Assembly: GCF_963921235.1 (NCBI RefSeq)
Contig: NC_086109.1
Span: 26,724,001-26,788,000 of the forward strand
Length of the DNA stretch: 64,000 nucleotides
Direction: 5' to 3'
Source: Mobula hypostoma
Taxonomy: Eukaryota
Part shown: piece by piece, positions 13,102 to 25,757 of the stretch
How the letters are laid out: every line of letters begins with the position of its first letter
How positions within the stretch are numbered: the first letter of the stretch is position 1
Program-made: the position numbers and the translations under genes
Notes under the pieces: generated by a model
Told to the model about the DNA's origin: nothing
Databases searched by the model: none
Seen by the model: only the letters and a program-made list of their open reading frames with translations

Positions 13102-14388
13102 TTTAAGTTCTGAGAGTGTTTTGTAGGTTATGATTTAGGGAGAGAAGTTCAAAGGATCAAAGTACATTTGTTGTCAGCATACAACCCTGACATTTTTCTT
13201 CCCACAGACAGCCACTAAATGAAGAAACCCATGGAGAGGGCAAGGGTTAAGTAGTGGGAAGGGGTGTGTGTCAGGGGATAGGAGAACCATTGCCACCATG
13301 AGGTTCAGATTGGGTCACCAGGCAGGGTTGCAGTTAGCCATCACTGATGGAGTCAGCATTCACATCCAGCTGCGGGGAAGGTCTGGCCTCACGGTCTGCT
13401 TAGAGATAGAACAAGTCTGAGGTGAATGAAGTTGGAGTCATTGAGTGATGAGTTATGAGATTAACTCTGTGGCCTGTGCCACCTTTGCTGGGTCGATTTT
13501 AAGTTGTACTGAAGGAGAACTCATCAGCCAACTTCATCATGGCTGGTGCATGCTGTCTATTGAGTAGATAAAAATCATGAAAGCATCCTCCAGGCATGGA
13601 TTGAATCTTGCTGGATGGCATGCTGCACGTCCGACTGTTCCAGGAAGTTTGATACATGGGAGGAAAATTGTGGACATTATGGTGAGTGTAAAAAAAAACT
13701 CTTGAATCATACAACAGGAATTCTGCAGATGCTGGAAATTCAAGCAACTTTGATGTGTGTTTCTTGAATCATACTTTTATTTTCCAACAAAATAGTCTCA
13801 CATCCCACAAATCGACACATTTCATGCTACAATTTCTAGGCTGAATGCAGAAATTGGTAGAGAATCTTGCCATCTAATGTTGTATCTAAACTCCTTGCCA
13901 AGCAACCTGATACTACGTGCACCTCTGAGTGTATCCTTGCAAAATGCTTCTGAAACAAGCCTTCAGTTTGTTTTAGGATGATTTTTATTCTGTCAAACAT
14001 CCTGGGTCAGTGGAAGAACTGGAATTGAATTCTTGTATTTCACTTCTTTAATTGTTTTAAAGACTAATTCCTAATAAGGGCATGAGGTTTTTTTAAAAAT
14101 AGCAAAATGTAGTGGATTCCGGTTAATTGGGGCACATTGAGACCCAGACATTTAGGCCCAATTAGCCAAAGTTTCATGGAAGTAGTTAAAACATGTTTAA
14201 AAAAAAGACAAACTGTTGTGTAACTGACAAATTATGTACTTGTATGAAATACAGAACAAATTAGAACACTGCTATAGTACTATAAAAGTGTATTAGTTCC
14301 TTTTATCAATGGAGGAACTTATCTAGTGTACGCTGTCATGTGTAAATGAACAAAATCATCGCATTCACCTAGTGCAGATAATGGACTG

Positions 14389-15875
14389 GAATCAGAATCA
14401 GGTTTAATATCACTGGCATATGTTGTGAAATTGTTGTTTTGCAGCAGGTGTACATTGCAATACATAATACATTATAATAAGTATATATATAAAAAATTAA
14501 AATAAATGGTGCAAAAGGAGAGGGAAGAATATGAAAGTATTGTTTATGGGTTTATTGTCCATTCAGAAATCTGATGGCAGAGGGGAAGAAGCTGTGCCTG
14601 AAACATTGAGTGTGTGTCTTCAGGCTCCTGTACGATGGTAGCAGTGAGAAGAGGGCGGTCCTGGGTGATGGGGTCCTCAATGATTCTTTTTTGAGGCATC
14701 ACCTTTTGAAGGTGCCCAGGATCCTGTGGAAGCTATTGCCATGATGGAGCTGACTGAGTTTACAACTTTCTGCAGCTTTTTCTGATCTTGTACCGCAGCT
14801 CCCCCATACCGCAAGGTAATGCATCCAGTTAGAATGCTCTCCACAGTCTATCTGTGTAAATTTGCAAGTGTCTTTCCCTCAAGCTCCTAATGAGGTATAG
14901 TCACTGTCGTGCCTACTTTGTAATTGCATCAATATGTTGGGCACAGGATAGATCCTCAGAGATGTTGACACCCTGGAACTTGAATATACTCACCTGTCCC
15001 ATTTCTGATCCCTCGATGAGGACTGATGTGTGCTCCCTCGACTTCCCCTTCCTCAAATCCGCAATCAATTCCTTGATCTTATGACAATGCGTGCAAGGTT
15101 ATTACTGCAACACCACTCTTCCAGCTGACCTATCTCACTCCTGTACGCTTCTCGTCACCATCGGAAATTCTGCCAACAATAGATTAGATTAGATTCAACT
15201 TTATTGTCACTGTGCCGAGTACAGATACAAAGCCAATGAAATGCATTTAGCATCTGACCAGAAATGCAAAGAATAGGGTTAGTTACAAAATAACTGCAAA
15301 TAAAAAAAAGTGCTACAGCACACAAATATAAAAGTACTGAGTCACTACAATATGGATGCAATACTGCTTAGCGTAATTGTGTTTTTGGCATATTTATAGA
15401 TGGTGTTTGAGCTGTGCCTAATCACACAATCATGGCTGTAAAGAGAGTAGAGCAGTAGGCTAAGCACAGTGTTGAATATCAGTGAGGAGGAGATGTTATT
15501 TCCAATTCGCACAGACTGAGCTCTCCTGGTGAAGAAGATTGCAAAGGGAGGTATAGAGTCCCAAATTATTACTTGTTGATTAGAACTGAGGGCCTGATTG
15601 TGTTGAATGCTGAGTTGTAGTCAATAAACCGCAGCCTGAAGAAAGCATTGCTGTTGTCCGGGTGATCCAGTGAGATTGCATCCACTGTAGACCTACGGTG
15701 ACGATAAGCAAATTGCAGTGGGTTGAGGTCCTTGCTTCGGCTGAAGTTGATTCTGGCCATGACCAACTTCGAAGCATTTCGTGACAGTAGATGTGAGTAC
15801 CGCTGGGCGATTGTCATTGAGACAGCTCACCCTGCTGTTCCTGGGCACTGGTATGATTGGAGCCCTTTTGAAGCA
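14389..15875 (-). mobile_element. Rex1/Babar-type LINE 3' fragment (degenerate RT), itself interrupted at ~15180-15375
   Basis: Minus-strand LNPLQFAYRHRRSTVDAIS...LRFIDYNSAFNTI; (gaatca)n tail at 14389. Confidence 0.8.
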
Positions 15876-15876
15876 G

Positions 15877-16170
15877 GCAGCATGGTAGCATAGCAGTTAG
15901 CGCAATGCTTTACAGTACCAGTGACCTGGTTCAATTTCCGCTGCTGTCTGTAAGAAGTTTTCATGTTCTCCCCTTGCCATGTGGGTTTCCTCCAAGGTGC
16001 TTCAGTTTCCTTCCACAGTCCAAAGATGTACTAGTTGGTAGGTTAATTAGTCATCGTCAATCGTGCTGTGATTAGGCTAAGATTAAATTGGGGGTTGCTG
16101 GGCGAGGTTCAAAGGGCTGGAAGGGCCCATTCTAATCTCTATCTCAATAAAGTAAATCAAATAAAATAAA
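15877..16170 (+). mobile_element. V-SINE (HE1-like)
   Basis: tRNA-like head ggcagcatggtagcatagcagttagcgc; V-domain gtgggtttcctcc..gtgcttcagtttccttccacagtccaaaga; A-rich tail. Confidence 0.8.
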
Positions 16171-18421
16171 TTGTACAATGCTTTCCATGATTGCATCATT
16201 CAAATCTTCATTTTCATTGTAACATTCAAGATGATTTCAATACCTTCAAATTCTTTGTAGTTCGTAACTTGTTGAATTAGTGAAATCATTTCCTTTTCAC
16301 TCCCATCTGTTTCTGGCATCTCTAAGCCTGAATGCTTGAAACCACAGTGAGCAAAACAGATCTAAATTGTATTAAATTACTTGTTTCTCATCAACTATCA
16401 GCGCCAAAAATCACTTCTTTTTGAACACAAATACGCAACTGATGCTATTTTAAAAACTGCTCGCTGTAAGCACAGTGTTGTGTCTAACAGCCATGTAAGT
16501 GCACAGGACTGACACTAGTTAGAAACTAATTTGCAATAGTCTCCTGTCCCAGTTAAGTGGCATACTCTTCCAAATAAATCCTAGCTATTTTCTCAGTTTT
16601 TGTTTCTAAGAGTTATCCCAAATAAGAGGCTGCCCCGATTAATTGATGCCCCAATTAATCATAATCCACTACATTACATTATAGTCATTAATATTCCAGT
16701 AGTTTTGGTTTCAAAGTTTAAGTGCTTTGAACTTGAGTCAGACAGATTTAGAGAAGTATTTTCTTTTACGCATAAGGCTTTCTTATTTAAATGTGAAATA
16801 AATCATGGTTGTAAAATCCTGTCTTGCCCTTTGTGACATGTTTTCCATCTCTCAGACTAAGAAGGGTATCACAGAGACCTGGTTCCTATAGTAACAGCTG
16901 CTGGCTGCTGAATGATGCGGCCAATGAGAGGTTCTCTATAGGCTTGCCGCTTTACAAATATACCCCAGGGAGGTCCAAACTGGGCCTTGAATTTTATTAT
17001 AGGATTTCCATTCAACAGATGTTGGTCATTTAACATTGAATTTTTATTTTTCAGACTGTTAGGAGTAATTGATAAAGACACCTCAATGATTTTGTTTTCT
17101 CGGGTGACCTTAACCCTGAACCCTGGAGCCTTTAAGACAATGCAAACAATTAAACTTTCTGAATTAAACATAGTTCATGGCAAAATAATTTTGTAGCACA
17201 GAATTACATGTTTAAGCTGCAGATGTAATAAGTAAGAGTTTGCAAAAGCATAACAATGCTTTTTGTTTCTATGCGATGTCTTAATTTCTTTGAGAGATAA
17301 AACAAAAATAAGCAGGTAAATGGAATATTCCATTTTGTGCATTTTTCATCTACTTGGCACATTTCATTCAGAGGCAAAGAATTCTACTGTTGTAAATTAG
17401 GCTGATGCAGTCACCAGTCTAGCCAAAGCAAAATCCAACTTATAGCAATGAGTGGCCTGATGATCTTTTATCAAAACCTGTTCAGGGAACTGTTTGGTGG
17501 AGTCCTTCTTTCACTTCTTGCTCTTCAGGATTCATAAGTGAGGGCAGAATTATCCAAAGATTCAAAGTACATTTATTGTCAAAGTATTTATGCAATATAC
17601 AACCCTGAGGTTTATCTTCCCGCAGGCAGCCATGAAACAAAGAAATGCCATGGAATGCATTCAAAGAAAATGACAAACACCCAACATGCAAAAAAAAAGA
17701 ACAAATCGCACTAACGGCAAAAAAAACTGAGTGAATACCTTCACACAGAATATTAAACATCAAACCATAAAGTCCTTGAAACAATCTAGGAATGTTTAGT
17801 GGAGTTCATTTCAGTCCAGTTTAGCGCTATGTTATTCATTGACTGCAGGCCACATTCCCACAATGGGCCCCATTTTTTTTCTACCACGACTTTTGAAACG
17901 ATTTTTTAGTTATAGGCATGTGTGATTTCATTGTCCCTGTCATTCATACAGTTTAATCCCTCCAATGGATAGATGAAATATCTTTATTTAAAAGCATCAG
18001 AAACATCCTGTCCAGATTTGGGGAATTATTCTGCCTCCTGTAATGCCATGCAATAGATGAACTGAGGAGTGGATATGCTAAGCAGTGTGATACGGTTATG
18101 CTTGAAGGAAGGACTTCTTGAAAGTGGAGGAGAAAGGCACTATATAGAACATGGGTGTTTGGCGAATGTTTCTCATTAGTAGAGGGAGCAATGTTTGAGG
18201 AGATTGCTTCATTAAGAACATCCCAATGAAGGTACTATACAATGTTAGAAGATGGCCTAGAATGCAATACGTGTGGCTGTTAATATCACAGTAGCTGTCG
18301 GTTTTGATGGTTCTGGAAGCTCTCACACTGAGACACTGAAGCTGGTTGCGGAAACCTTGCAGAATCTCATGTTGGTGTACAGGTGGTATCAAGAGTTCCC
18401 AGATGATTTGCAACTACTTAT

Positions 18422-18625
18422 TTAGAGATACAGCATGAGAATGGGCCTTTCCGGCCCAACAAACCCATGCCACCCAATTATACCCATTAAACTACTAACC
18501 CATACATCTTGAGAATGGGGGAGGAATCCCATTTGGTTATGGGGAGAATGCACAAACATTCTATAGTGGCAGAATTGAACCCTGGTTGCTGGCATTATAA
18601 TAGAGTTATGCAAGTGCTACACTGC
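18422..18625 (-). mobile_element. V-SINE fragment
   Basis: Reverse-complement similarity to 2210-2486 and 3625-3800. Confidence 0.6.
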
Positions 18626-18715
18626 TTGCCTTCTGAGTAGTGCAAGGGTTTCCAACCCAAGTGCACAGCCAGTCACTGACCACACACTCCATATCTTGAT
18701 GGGCATTATCTAGTG

Positions 18716-19544
18716 CAGGGGTCCCCAACCCTTTTTGCACCGCGGACCGGTTTAATATTGACAATATTCTTGTGGACCAGCCAACTGGGGGGTGGGGGGG
18801 TGTTCAAGTAGGGTTAAACTCACCTCAACATGTCTTTTACAGTTAGGATTGCCAACTTTCTCACTCCCAATGAAGGGTCTTGGCCCAAAACGTCGACTGT
18901 ACCTCTTCCTATAGATGCTGCCTGGTCTGCTGCGTTCCACCAGCATTTTTTGTGTGTGTTGACGGGACACTTGTGTTTACCCCAAAAAAGACTACCATGA
19001 CCATGAAGCCTGGCGCGGGCACCTGTGTGCGCATGCACGATGTGCGCGTATGTGCAGATTTTTTTTTCCACAAATTGGTTTTGGCTTAATCTTCCTGACT
19101 ACACTGTACATACATTATTTCTACTTTATATAGGCTGTGTATTTATCATATCATTGCTGCTTTTACTATGTGTTAGAGTTATTTTAGGTTTTATGTGTTA
19201 TTTGGTATGATTTGGTAGGTTATTTTTTGGGTCTGGAAACGCTCAAAAATTTTTCCCATATAAATTAATGGTAATTGCTTTTCTGCTTCACGCCATTTTG
19301 GCATGAAAGGTTTCATAGGAACGCTCTACCTCAGCGGGGGAAATACGGGACAACGGCAGTCCCGTATGGGACAAACCAATTTAGCCCAATATACGGGATG
19401 TCCTGGCAAATATGGGACAGTTGGAAACCCTATGTTCAAGTTCAACAGTGCGTGACAGGGAATGAGGAAAGGTGCAGCTGACTCATATAATTTCCTCGCG
19501 GCCTGGTAGCACCTACTTTGCGGCACGGTGGTTGGGGACCACTG
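18716..19544. mobile_element. Composite hAT (Charlie/MER1-like) MITE
   Basis: TIRs caggggtccccaacc / ggttggggaccactg; perfect 8-bp TSD atctagtg at 18708-18715 and 19545-19552. Confidence 0.9.
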
Positions 19545-21611
19545 ATCTAGTGTGCATGTACTTTTCTGCCAGGCCAGAATTTGGCCAGGGTTCCACCCAT
19601 CTCATCAACCATTGCACTGATGCAATGGGAAAATAGAGTCCATTTTCACTGGGACTTTCCCTGGGACTTTCCATCTCTTCCAAGAAGTTTTAAACTATAA
19701 TTTCACAGCCATGATGTAGCTCCTTCATAAGAAGTACCAGCTGCCATTAGTCAATGCAAGCTATCTTGGAACTAGCATTGAGCAGCGTTGGACATTGTGG
19801 TGATACACTGCAGCAGACAACAGCTTATTTACTGTAATCCGGACTCTGAAATTCTGACAATGAAAAGCAGCAGAAATTTTCTCCACAGTCTTCACCGGGT
19901 TAAATAGGTGAAGTTAAGTTATGTAGCATGAAGGCAACTAATGTTTGCCATCCCTATCCAATTTAGCCCAAGTACTTAAATCTCCAGTTTCCTATTCATC
20001 CGCTCCCTTTTGCGCAGCACTCCACTCAACATCTCTTCCTTCGGCTCACACCCATAATCTTTTTCTAAGCCCTTAGGACATTTTATTCAATGAGGCCTGT
20101 CATACTTCCTTATCATCTCTGTACAGTCACTGAATTCTTGCAGCATCATATCATTTCATCGCTTCTCTGTGTGACTAGCACTAAATGTGCCAGGTTATAC
20201 AAGAGGGTCCTTTTGCTAATTACCGTGGCAAACCATTCATCAATAAAAATTGAGTACAATTTAGCATAATATATGAAAATAAGTTGTTTTTGAACATAAT
20301 GAACATTGACATTTTAATAATCTGAAACGTGCTGTATTGTAGAAAGTCTGTTGAGTAATTAATAATTAAAGCTGGAACCATCATTTGAAAATACCTTTAG
20401 AAATAATTGCAGTAATATTCTGATTATATTTTTGGTTTTTTGAAAACATGATACCGGGTACAAAAAACTGATAATATTGATATGAATATCAGCTAGTGAA
20501 TTACCAATGTTATGGATATGTTGGATTATCTAATTAATGCACAAATATGCATTAATGGCTGTATACTTGCAATTTTAAATTTCATGTCCAACTGTAATCT
20601 GCCCTTAAGAAGAAGGGGGGGGCCTTCGAAATATTTTTAAATGAATAAGTTATTCATTCACAGGATGCCGATGTTAACACTTATTGCTGATCCTTGATTT
20701 ACCCTTCAGGCTGTGATGGGAAGTTGCCTTCTTAAACTGATGCAGCCCATCTGGCAAAGGTTCTTCTGCAGTACACTGGGGATTGGGATTTCCATGGTTT
20801 ACACCCAGCAATAATGCAGGAAAGGCAAAATATTTTCAAGTCAACATGCTGTGTGCCTTGGAGGGGTATTTGCAGGTGGTGTGTTTCTGTGTGCCTTCTG
20901 CCTTTGTAATTCTAGGTGACAGAAGTCTTAGACTTAATAGGTGGTAACTATTTTGATTGTTGAAAAATAGTTTGAAGAAATTGCATGCAAGTAGCCCCTT
21001 AACTATTTCTTGAAAGTATTTGATCTGATTATTTTTTTGGTTTGCCTTATAAAGGATACACAGTTACAGACATGATCTCTCATTGTCATTCATTGTCAAA
21101 ATACATATCCCGAGACAGCACCTAAATATGAAATGAATTATGCTGGCTAGTTGTAGCTCTTAACTTTGCATTTTGTTAGCCTAAATCTGCTGACTCAATT
21201 TGGAGTGTATTTCTTTATAAGTTTTACCCACAATACATTCTTATTGAGGGAGCTGGAACTTTTTTTTAAGCCAGTCAGCATACCTATGAAAAGGTTTGAC
21301 TTTTATGATCTTGGCTATGGTAAAATTGATCATAAAAGGATCTTAGCTTCACTGAGGTTGAGTTAAGGGCTGTTGCTGTGCAATAGATACAAAGTCAACA
21401 ACAATTCTGTATTTTTTTCATTTATGTAATACCTTTAAAAAGATAACCAGAAACAGTCATCCTCTCCAGCATAGCAAATTTCAAAGAATCATGACCCTCA
21501 GTGTGAAGAAATTTCTCCTCACCTGAATCATAATTGTTTAACTCTTACTCTGAGGCTGTAATCCCTGGTTCTTGATCCTGCAGGCAATGGAAACATCTTC
21601 CTTACATCCGT

Positions 21612-21825
21612 AAACACAAGAGATTCTGCAAATGCTGGAGACCCAGAGTAATAAACGCAAAATGCTGGAGGAACTCAACACTGATGAAGGGTCTCGTCCC
21701 AAAACATCGACCTTTTATTCTTCTCTACAGATGCTACCTGACCTCAGCCCTAAACGTCGACTCTTTATTCCCCTCAATAGACACCGCTTGACCGCTCATC
21801 CTCCTCAGCATTTTGCTGGTGTTGC
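21612..21825. mobile_element. PLE fold-back insertion with mutated hammerhead (CTGATGA 21681-87; GAAA changed to AAAA)
   Basis: Antisense arm then ctgatgaagggtctcgtcccaaaacatcgac; degenerate TSD tccttacatcc / tccttgaatcc. Confidence 0.7.
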
Positions 21826-22227
21826 TCCTTGAATCCAGCTTGTTCAGCCCTTTAAGAATTATGCAAGTATGAATGAGATCTTCATTCTTCTAAACATTTA
21901 TCCTATTTAATCTCTCCCCATATTGACTGTCCATTTCCCTCCATAGTAGCTGCCCTGACCTGCTAAGTTTCTCCTGCATGTTGGGCGTTGCTCCATCTTT
22001 TCAACATCTGCAGTCTCTCTTGTGTCCGCATTATCAAAGTCAAGTTTGTTATCATATGCACACATCCATGTATGTACGGGTGCAATGAAAATCTTAAGTT
22101 TCAGAAGCATCACAGGCACCTTGAATCATATACACAGCATTTACAAAAAGAAGCATAAATTAAACATAAAATATCCATAATTTTTACAAGACAAAACAAC
22201 CAGAACAAAAATAGCAAAACCCATTTT

Positions 22228-22670
22228 AGAATTAGAATCAGGTTTAATATCACAATCAAATGTTGTGAAATTTGGTGTTTACAGCAGCAGTATATTGCAA
22301 AACATTTAAAAAACTATAAATTACATAAGAAATATTTTTTAAATTAAATTAGTCGTACAAAAAGAGAGCAAAAAGGAAGAAATAGGTAGTGACATAATGT
22401 ATATAAGTTCATTGTCCATTCAGAAATCTATTGGCAGAGGGGGAAAAAGCTGTTTCCAAAATATTAAATGTATGTCTTTATGTTCCTGTATTACCTCTTT
22501 GATGGTAGCAATGAGAAAAGGGCATGTCTTTGAGATGAGATGGGGTTCTTTAAAGACAGATGCTGCCTTTTTGAGGCATTGCCTTTTGAAGATGTCCTCA
22601 ATGCCGGGGAGGCCAATGCCCATGGTGGAACTGGCTGAGTTCGCATCTTTCTGTAGTTTTTTTCCGTGTA
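22228..22670 (-). mobile_element. Rex1/Babar LINE 3' end
   Basis: Minus-strand LPGIEDIFKRQCLKKAASVFKEP; gaattagaatcaggtttaat tail as at 14389. Confidence 0.7.
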
Positions 22671-23407
22671 GTGATCAAAGGGGTCATAGTGTTGCTGAAC
22701 TGAAGCTGTAAATTATGATTCAGTAACAATACAGGAAGGGCAAAGTGCTTCCAAGTCAACATGGTGTATGCCTTGGAGGATAATTTGCAGGTGGCCTTTT
22801 TCAAGTCACCAGTTGCCTTTGTTCTTTTAGGTGGCAGAAGTCTCAGGGGGATTTTCTTCCAGTGCAGGCTAAAACAACAATGGTTGAAAGACCTTGTGCT
22901 AAGTATTTGATACTTGCTAGACAAATGTCCTCAAATGGTTAGAATACTCTTTATGTTACCAGTATTTCAAAGTGTGTGAGTATTAAATTATCTTAATTGT
23001 ACAGTAACAGTAAAGGCTTTTTGAATTGACTTAATTGTACAGTAGCAGCAGTACATCTCTACTCAGTAGTCATTATATACCCATTAAGATTTTACGGTGG
23101 CCAGAAGTAGCCACAATAAACACCTTAGATCATTATTATTCAGGCCTCAAAGCTGCACCTTGCAAAACTGACATTATCCAAGCACAGGTGAGACCCTTCA
23201 GCCCATCTGGTCCAAGATGCCCTTCCTAGCTCATTACAGTTGTCAGTGTTTGGCTCAGAGCCATCTCAACTTTCTGATCCATGTGTCTGTTCGAGTGTCT
23301 TTTAAAAGTTGTCACTGTACCTCCCTCATCCACTTCCCCTGGCAGCTCAGTGCACAAGCATACCCCCTTTTATTTATATAATGTTCAGGACTATCGGCTC
23401 GTGTTTA

Positions 23408-24013
23408 TGTAGGGGAAACCCTGTCTGCCCGGCGAACCGTATCTCACGTTTGCGTAGTTGCTGTGTAACGCCACCTGGTACAAACTCACACATCAAATAT
23501 CAGACAGCACACAACGTACGATTTACAGATTACATTTTATAGATCTTACTGGAACTATGTAATTAATAGAGATACAATATAAAAGGAAAGTAAAAGGCGC
23601 CAAACTTAACAGAGTTCAACCACTTCGTGCACAACCGTTGGAGCTCAATTAACGGGGGTCTTCTTTCCACCATTTGATCCCCTCCGACCTCCTCGACCCG
23701 CTGCCTGGGACCAACCACGGTGGTCGACCAGAGCGCGTCCAGCACGTCCTTCCTCTTCGGTTCTCCTCCCGAAAAGCCGGCGATCCTCAGCTCAGCACAC
23801 ACATACAAGATAGCATAACATGACTTCCATTGGCAAGCAAACGAATGCAATTTCCATCATCTCTAAGTATAACCCAAACATGCTGCTGCAGAGAACTCCT
23901 TACTCGGCAGTTTACAGCACGAGAAACCATTTTATTTTAACGCTTCAGAGAAGCCATTGTGTAATAGGCATTTAACAGGTAACAGTCCATCTAATATTAC
24001 TGAGAACCCTACA
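23408..24013. mobile_element. Probable LTR (solo or nearly solo)
   Basis: TG...CA ends with a 7-bp inverted repeat tgtaggg / ccctaca; CpG-rich; sits inside a CR1 fragment. No clean TSD. Confidence 0.5.
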
Positions 24014-24255
24014 TCTAAGAAAAGTTGCCCCTTAACTTCCAGTTAAAACTTTCCCCTTTCACCTTAAACTCACACCCTCTAGTTCTTGATTCCTCAGTGC
24101 AGGGAAAAGGTTGAGTGCATTCATCTCATCTCCAGTACATTCCTCATGATTTTCAACATCTCGTTAAGATCACCTCATAATCTTCTATGCTCCAGTCCTA
24201 GCCTGTCTAACTTTCTGTAACTTAGACCCTCAAGTCCTGGCAACATCCTTGTAAA

Positions 24256-25578
24256 CAATGTTCCCTCTAATTTTTAGTTAGTCAGTTTGCGCAAAGATCT
24301 TATGTGGTGCAATTTCTTTTCCTGTGACAAACATATGTGCGCACTGATTTCACACATGGCACGGTTTATGTAGGTTTACAAAATATTTGACATAAAATTG
24401 CACAGAATAACAACAAAATAACATACATATTAAGTCACTCGGTTTTTTTTTCTCTCTCCTGTCTTTGGCATTTACCCATTCTTTGTAAACACCATCTAGA
24501 CTAACAGAACTTCCATCCAATTGATAGCTTTTGATTCTGATTAATATACCCAAATGACATTCACCTAAATGGTTTCTCGGCTTGTTTTTGAATTGATTCA
24601 TTAGGCTAAAACCTTGCTCACAGTCCGCACTAGACACAAGAAAGGTTCCTCCAATGTCCATCAACTGTGCAAGGTCGCAAAGCTGTTCATTTTGAAGTAC
24701 GAAAACCACCATTCGAGCAAAGTTTGAAATCAATTTGGATTTAATTTTTTGTTGCACGGAAAATTTGAAATAATTAAACTGTCTATTACAGTATTTTCAG
24801 CTAGAAAATCATGATATTTTAGACATAAGGCATTAACTTGTTCATCACCAAATGTGAAGTCACAATCTGCAATTGTGGAGAAATCAAAAGCTGACCATTC
24901 TTGTACCTCAACTTTGATCTCCTCTGGGTTTGATTGTCTTCGCTCTCACTCATCTGCACTCAACCGTAACATGCGTAGCACTCCTGTAAAGGGTAATGAC
25001 AGGTTCTGTTGCCTGAGCTTTTGTACACAAACTTTCGCATCAAAAAAAGTACAAACAGATAACTCCAGTTTCCGAATCATACATAAATATTTCTCATAGC
25101 TGAATGTTCATGACCTCATGAGCTTTCAGTGTAGCAGTTTCTACTATTTTGTTAAGCCATTCAACTTTGAACAAATTTGCAGTTCTTTTGCGCTTCACGC
25201 CCTTTGCTGCTTTTGAATTCGACATAGTGAATCAATATTTTTTCCAATAAAAACTTAGTAAGCTATCTACAGGATTCGAAACAGACCTTTATAAACTTTA
25301 CGATATGAACACCGTCTGCCAAAGACGCCGCCGCCATGAGGCAGCTGTACAAACCGGAACAGGAAAGGTGAGGTGAGGTAAATTAGTGACGTGCATTGTG
25401 GTATTTGAAAAACCGACCAACTAGTTAACAGAAACGGTTAGCTAAAAGATTATTTTCAATAAGTATAATTATTAATTTCTACATTATTTTAGGTAACTAA
25501 CCTTTTGTGCGCACATTAATTTCCTTTGTGCACTGGTTGAAAAACGTGTGTGCACGTGCACAGCTTAGAGGCAATATG
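24256..25578 (-). mobile_element. Internally deleted hAT transposon (same family as 3949-4805) with a C-terminal dimerization-domain remnant
   Basis: TIR caatgttccctctaa at 24256 and a degenerate TIR at 25565-78. ORF 24350..24757(-) LVSSADCEQGFSLMNQFKNKPRNHL matches the hATC motif S..CER.FS.M..IK...RN.L. Confidence 0.85.
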
Positions 25579-25757
25579 CTGTAAACCTTTTCTTCCCACT
25601 TTTCAGTTGAATAACATTGTTCCTTAAGCAAGGTGACCAAAATGAATATAATACTCCAAGTGTGGCCTCATCAGCGTCTTGCAGAACATATCATGACTTC
25701 CCGGCCTCTGCAGTCAGTGTCTTGACTGATGAAGGTCAACACGTCAAAGACCTTTGT

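Larger units (their letters stand above)
14110..16671. mobile_element. Tc1-mariner-like MITE expanded by nested insertions
   Basis: TIRs tagtggattccggttaattggggc / gccccaattaatcataatccacta. Confidence 0.7.

Noticed and set aside
16869..17196. Overlapping ORFs and a pyrimidine-tract AG (~17054) in unique sequence as a possible exon
   Set aside because: No CELSR-like or other recognisable peptide and no convincing paired donor.
256..21711. Other hammerhead-like copies (~256-290, ~1482-1511, ~1808, ~7091, ~18871, ~21681)
   Set aside because: Each has core substitutions (CTGCTGA, GAAA to AAAA) or stem deletions, so they were not called functional ribozymes.
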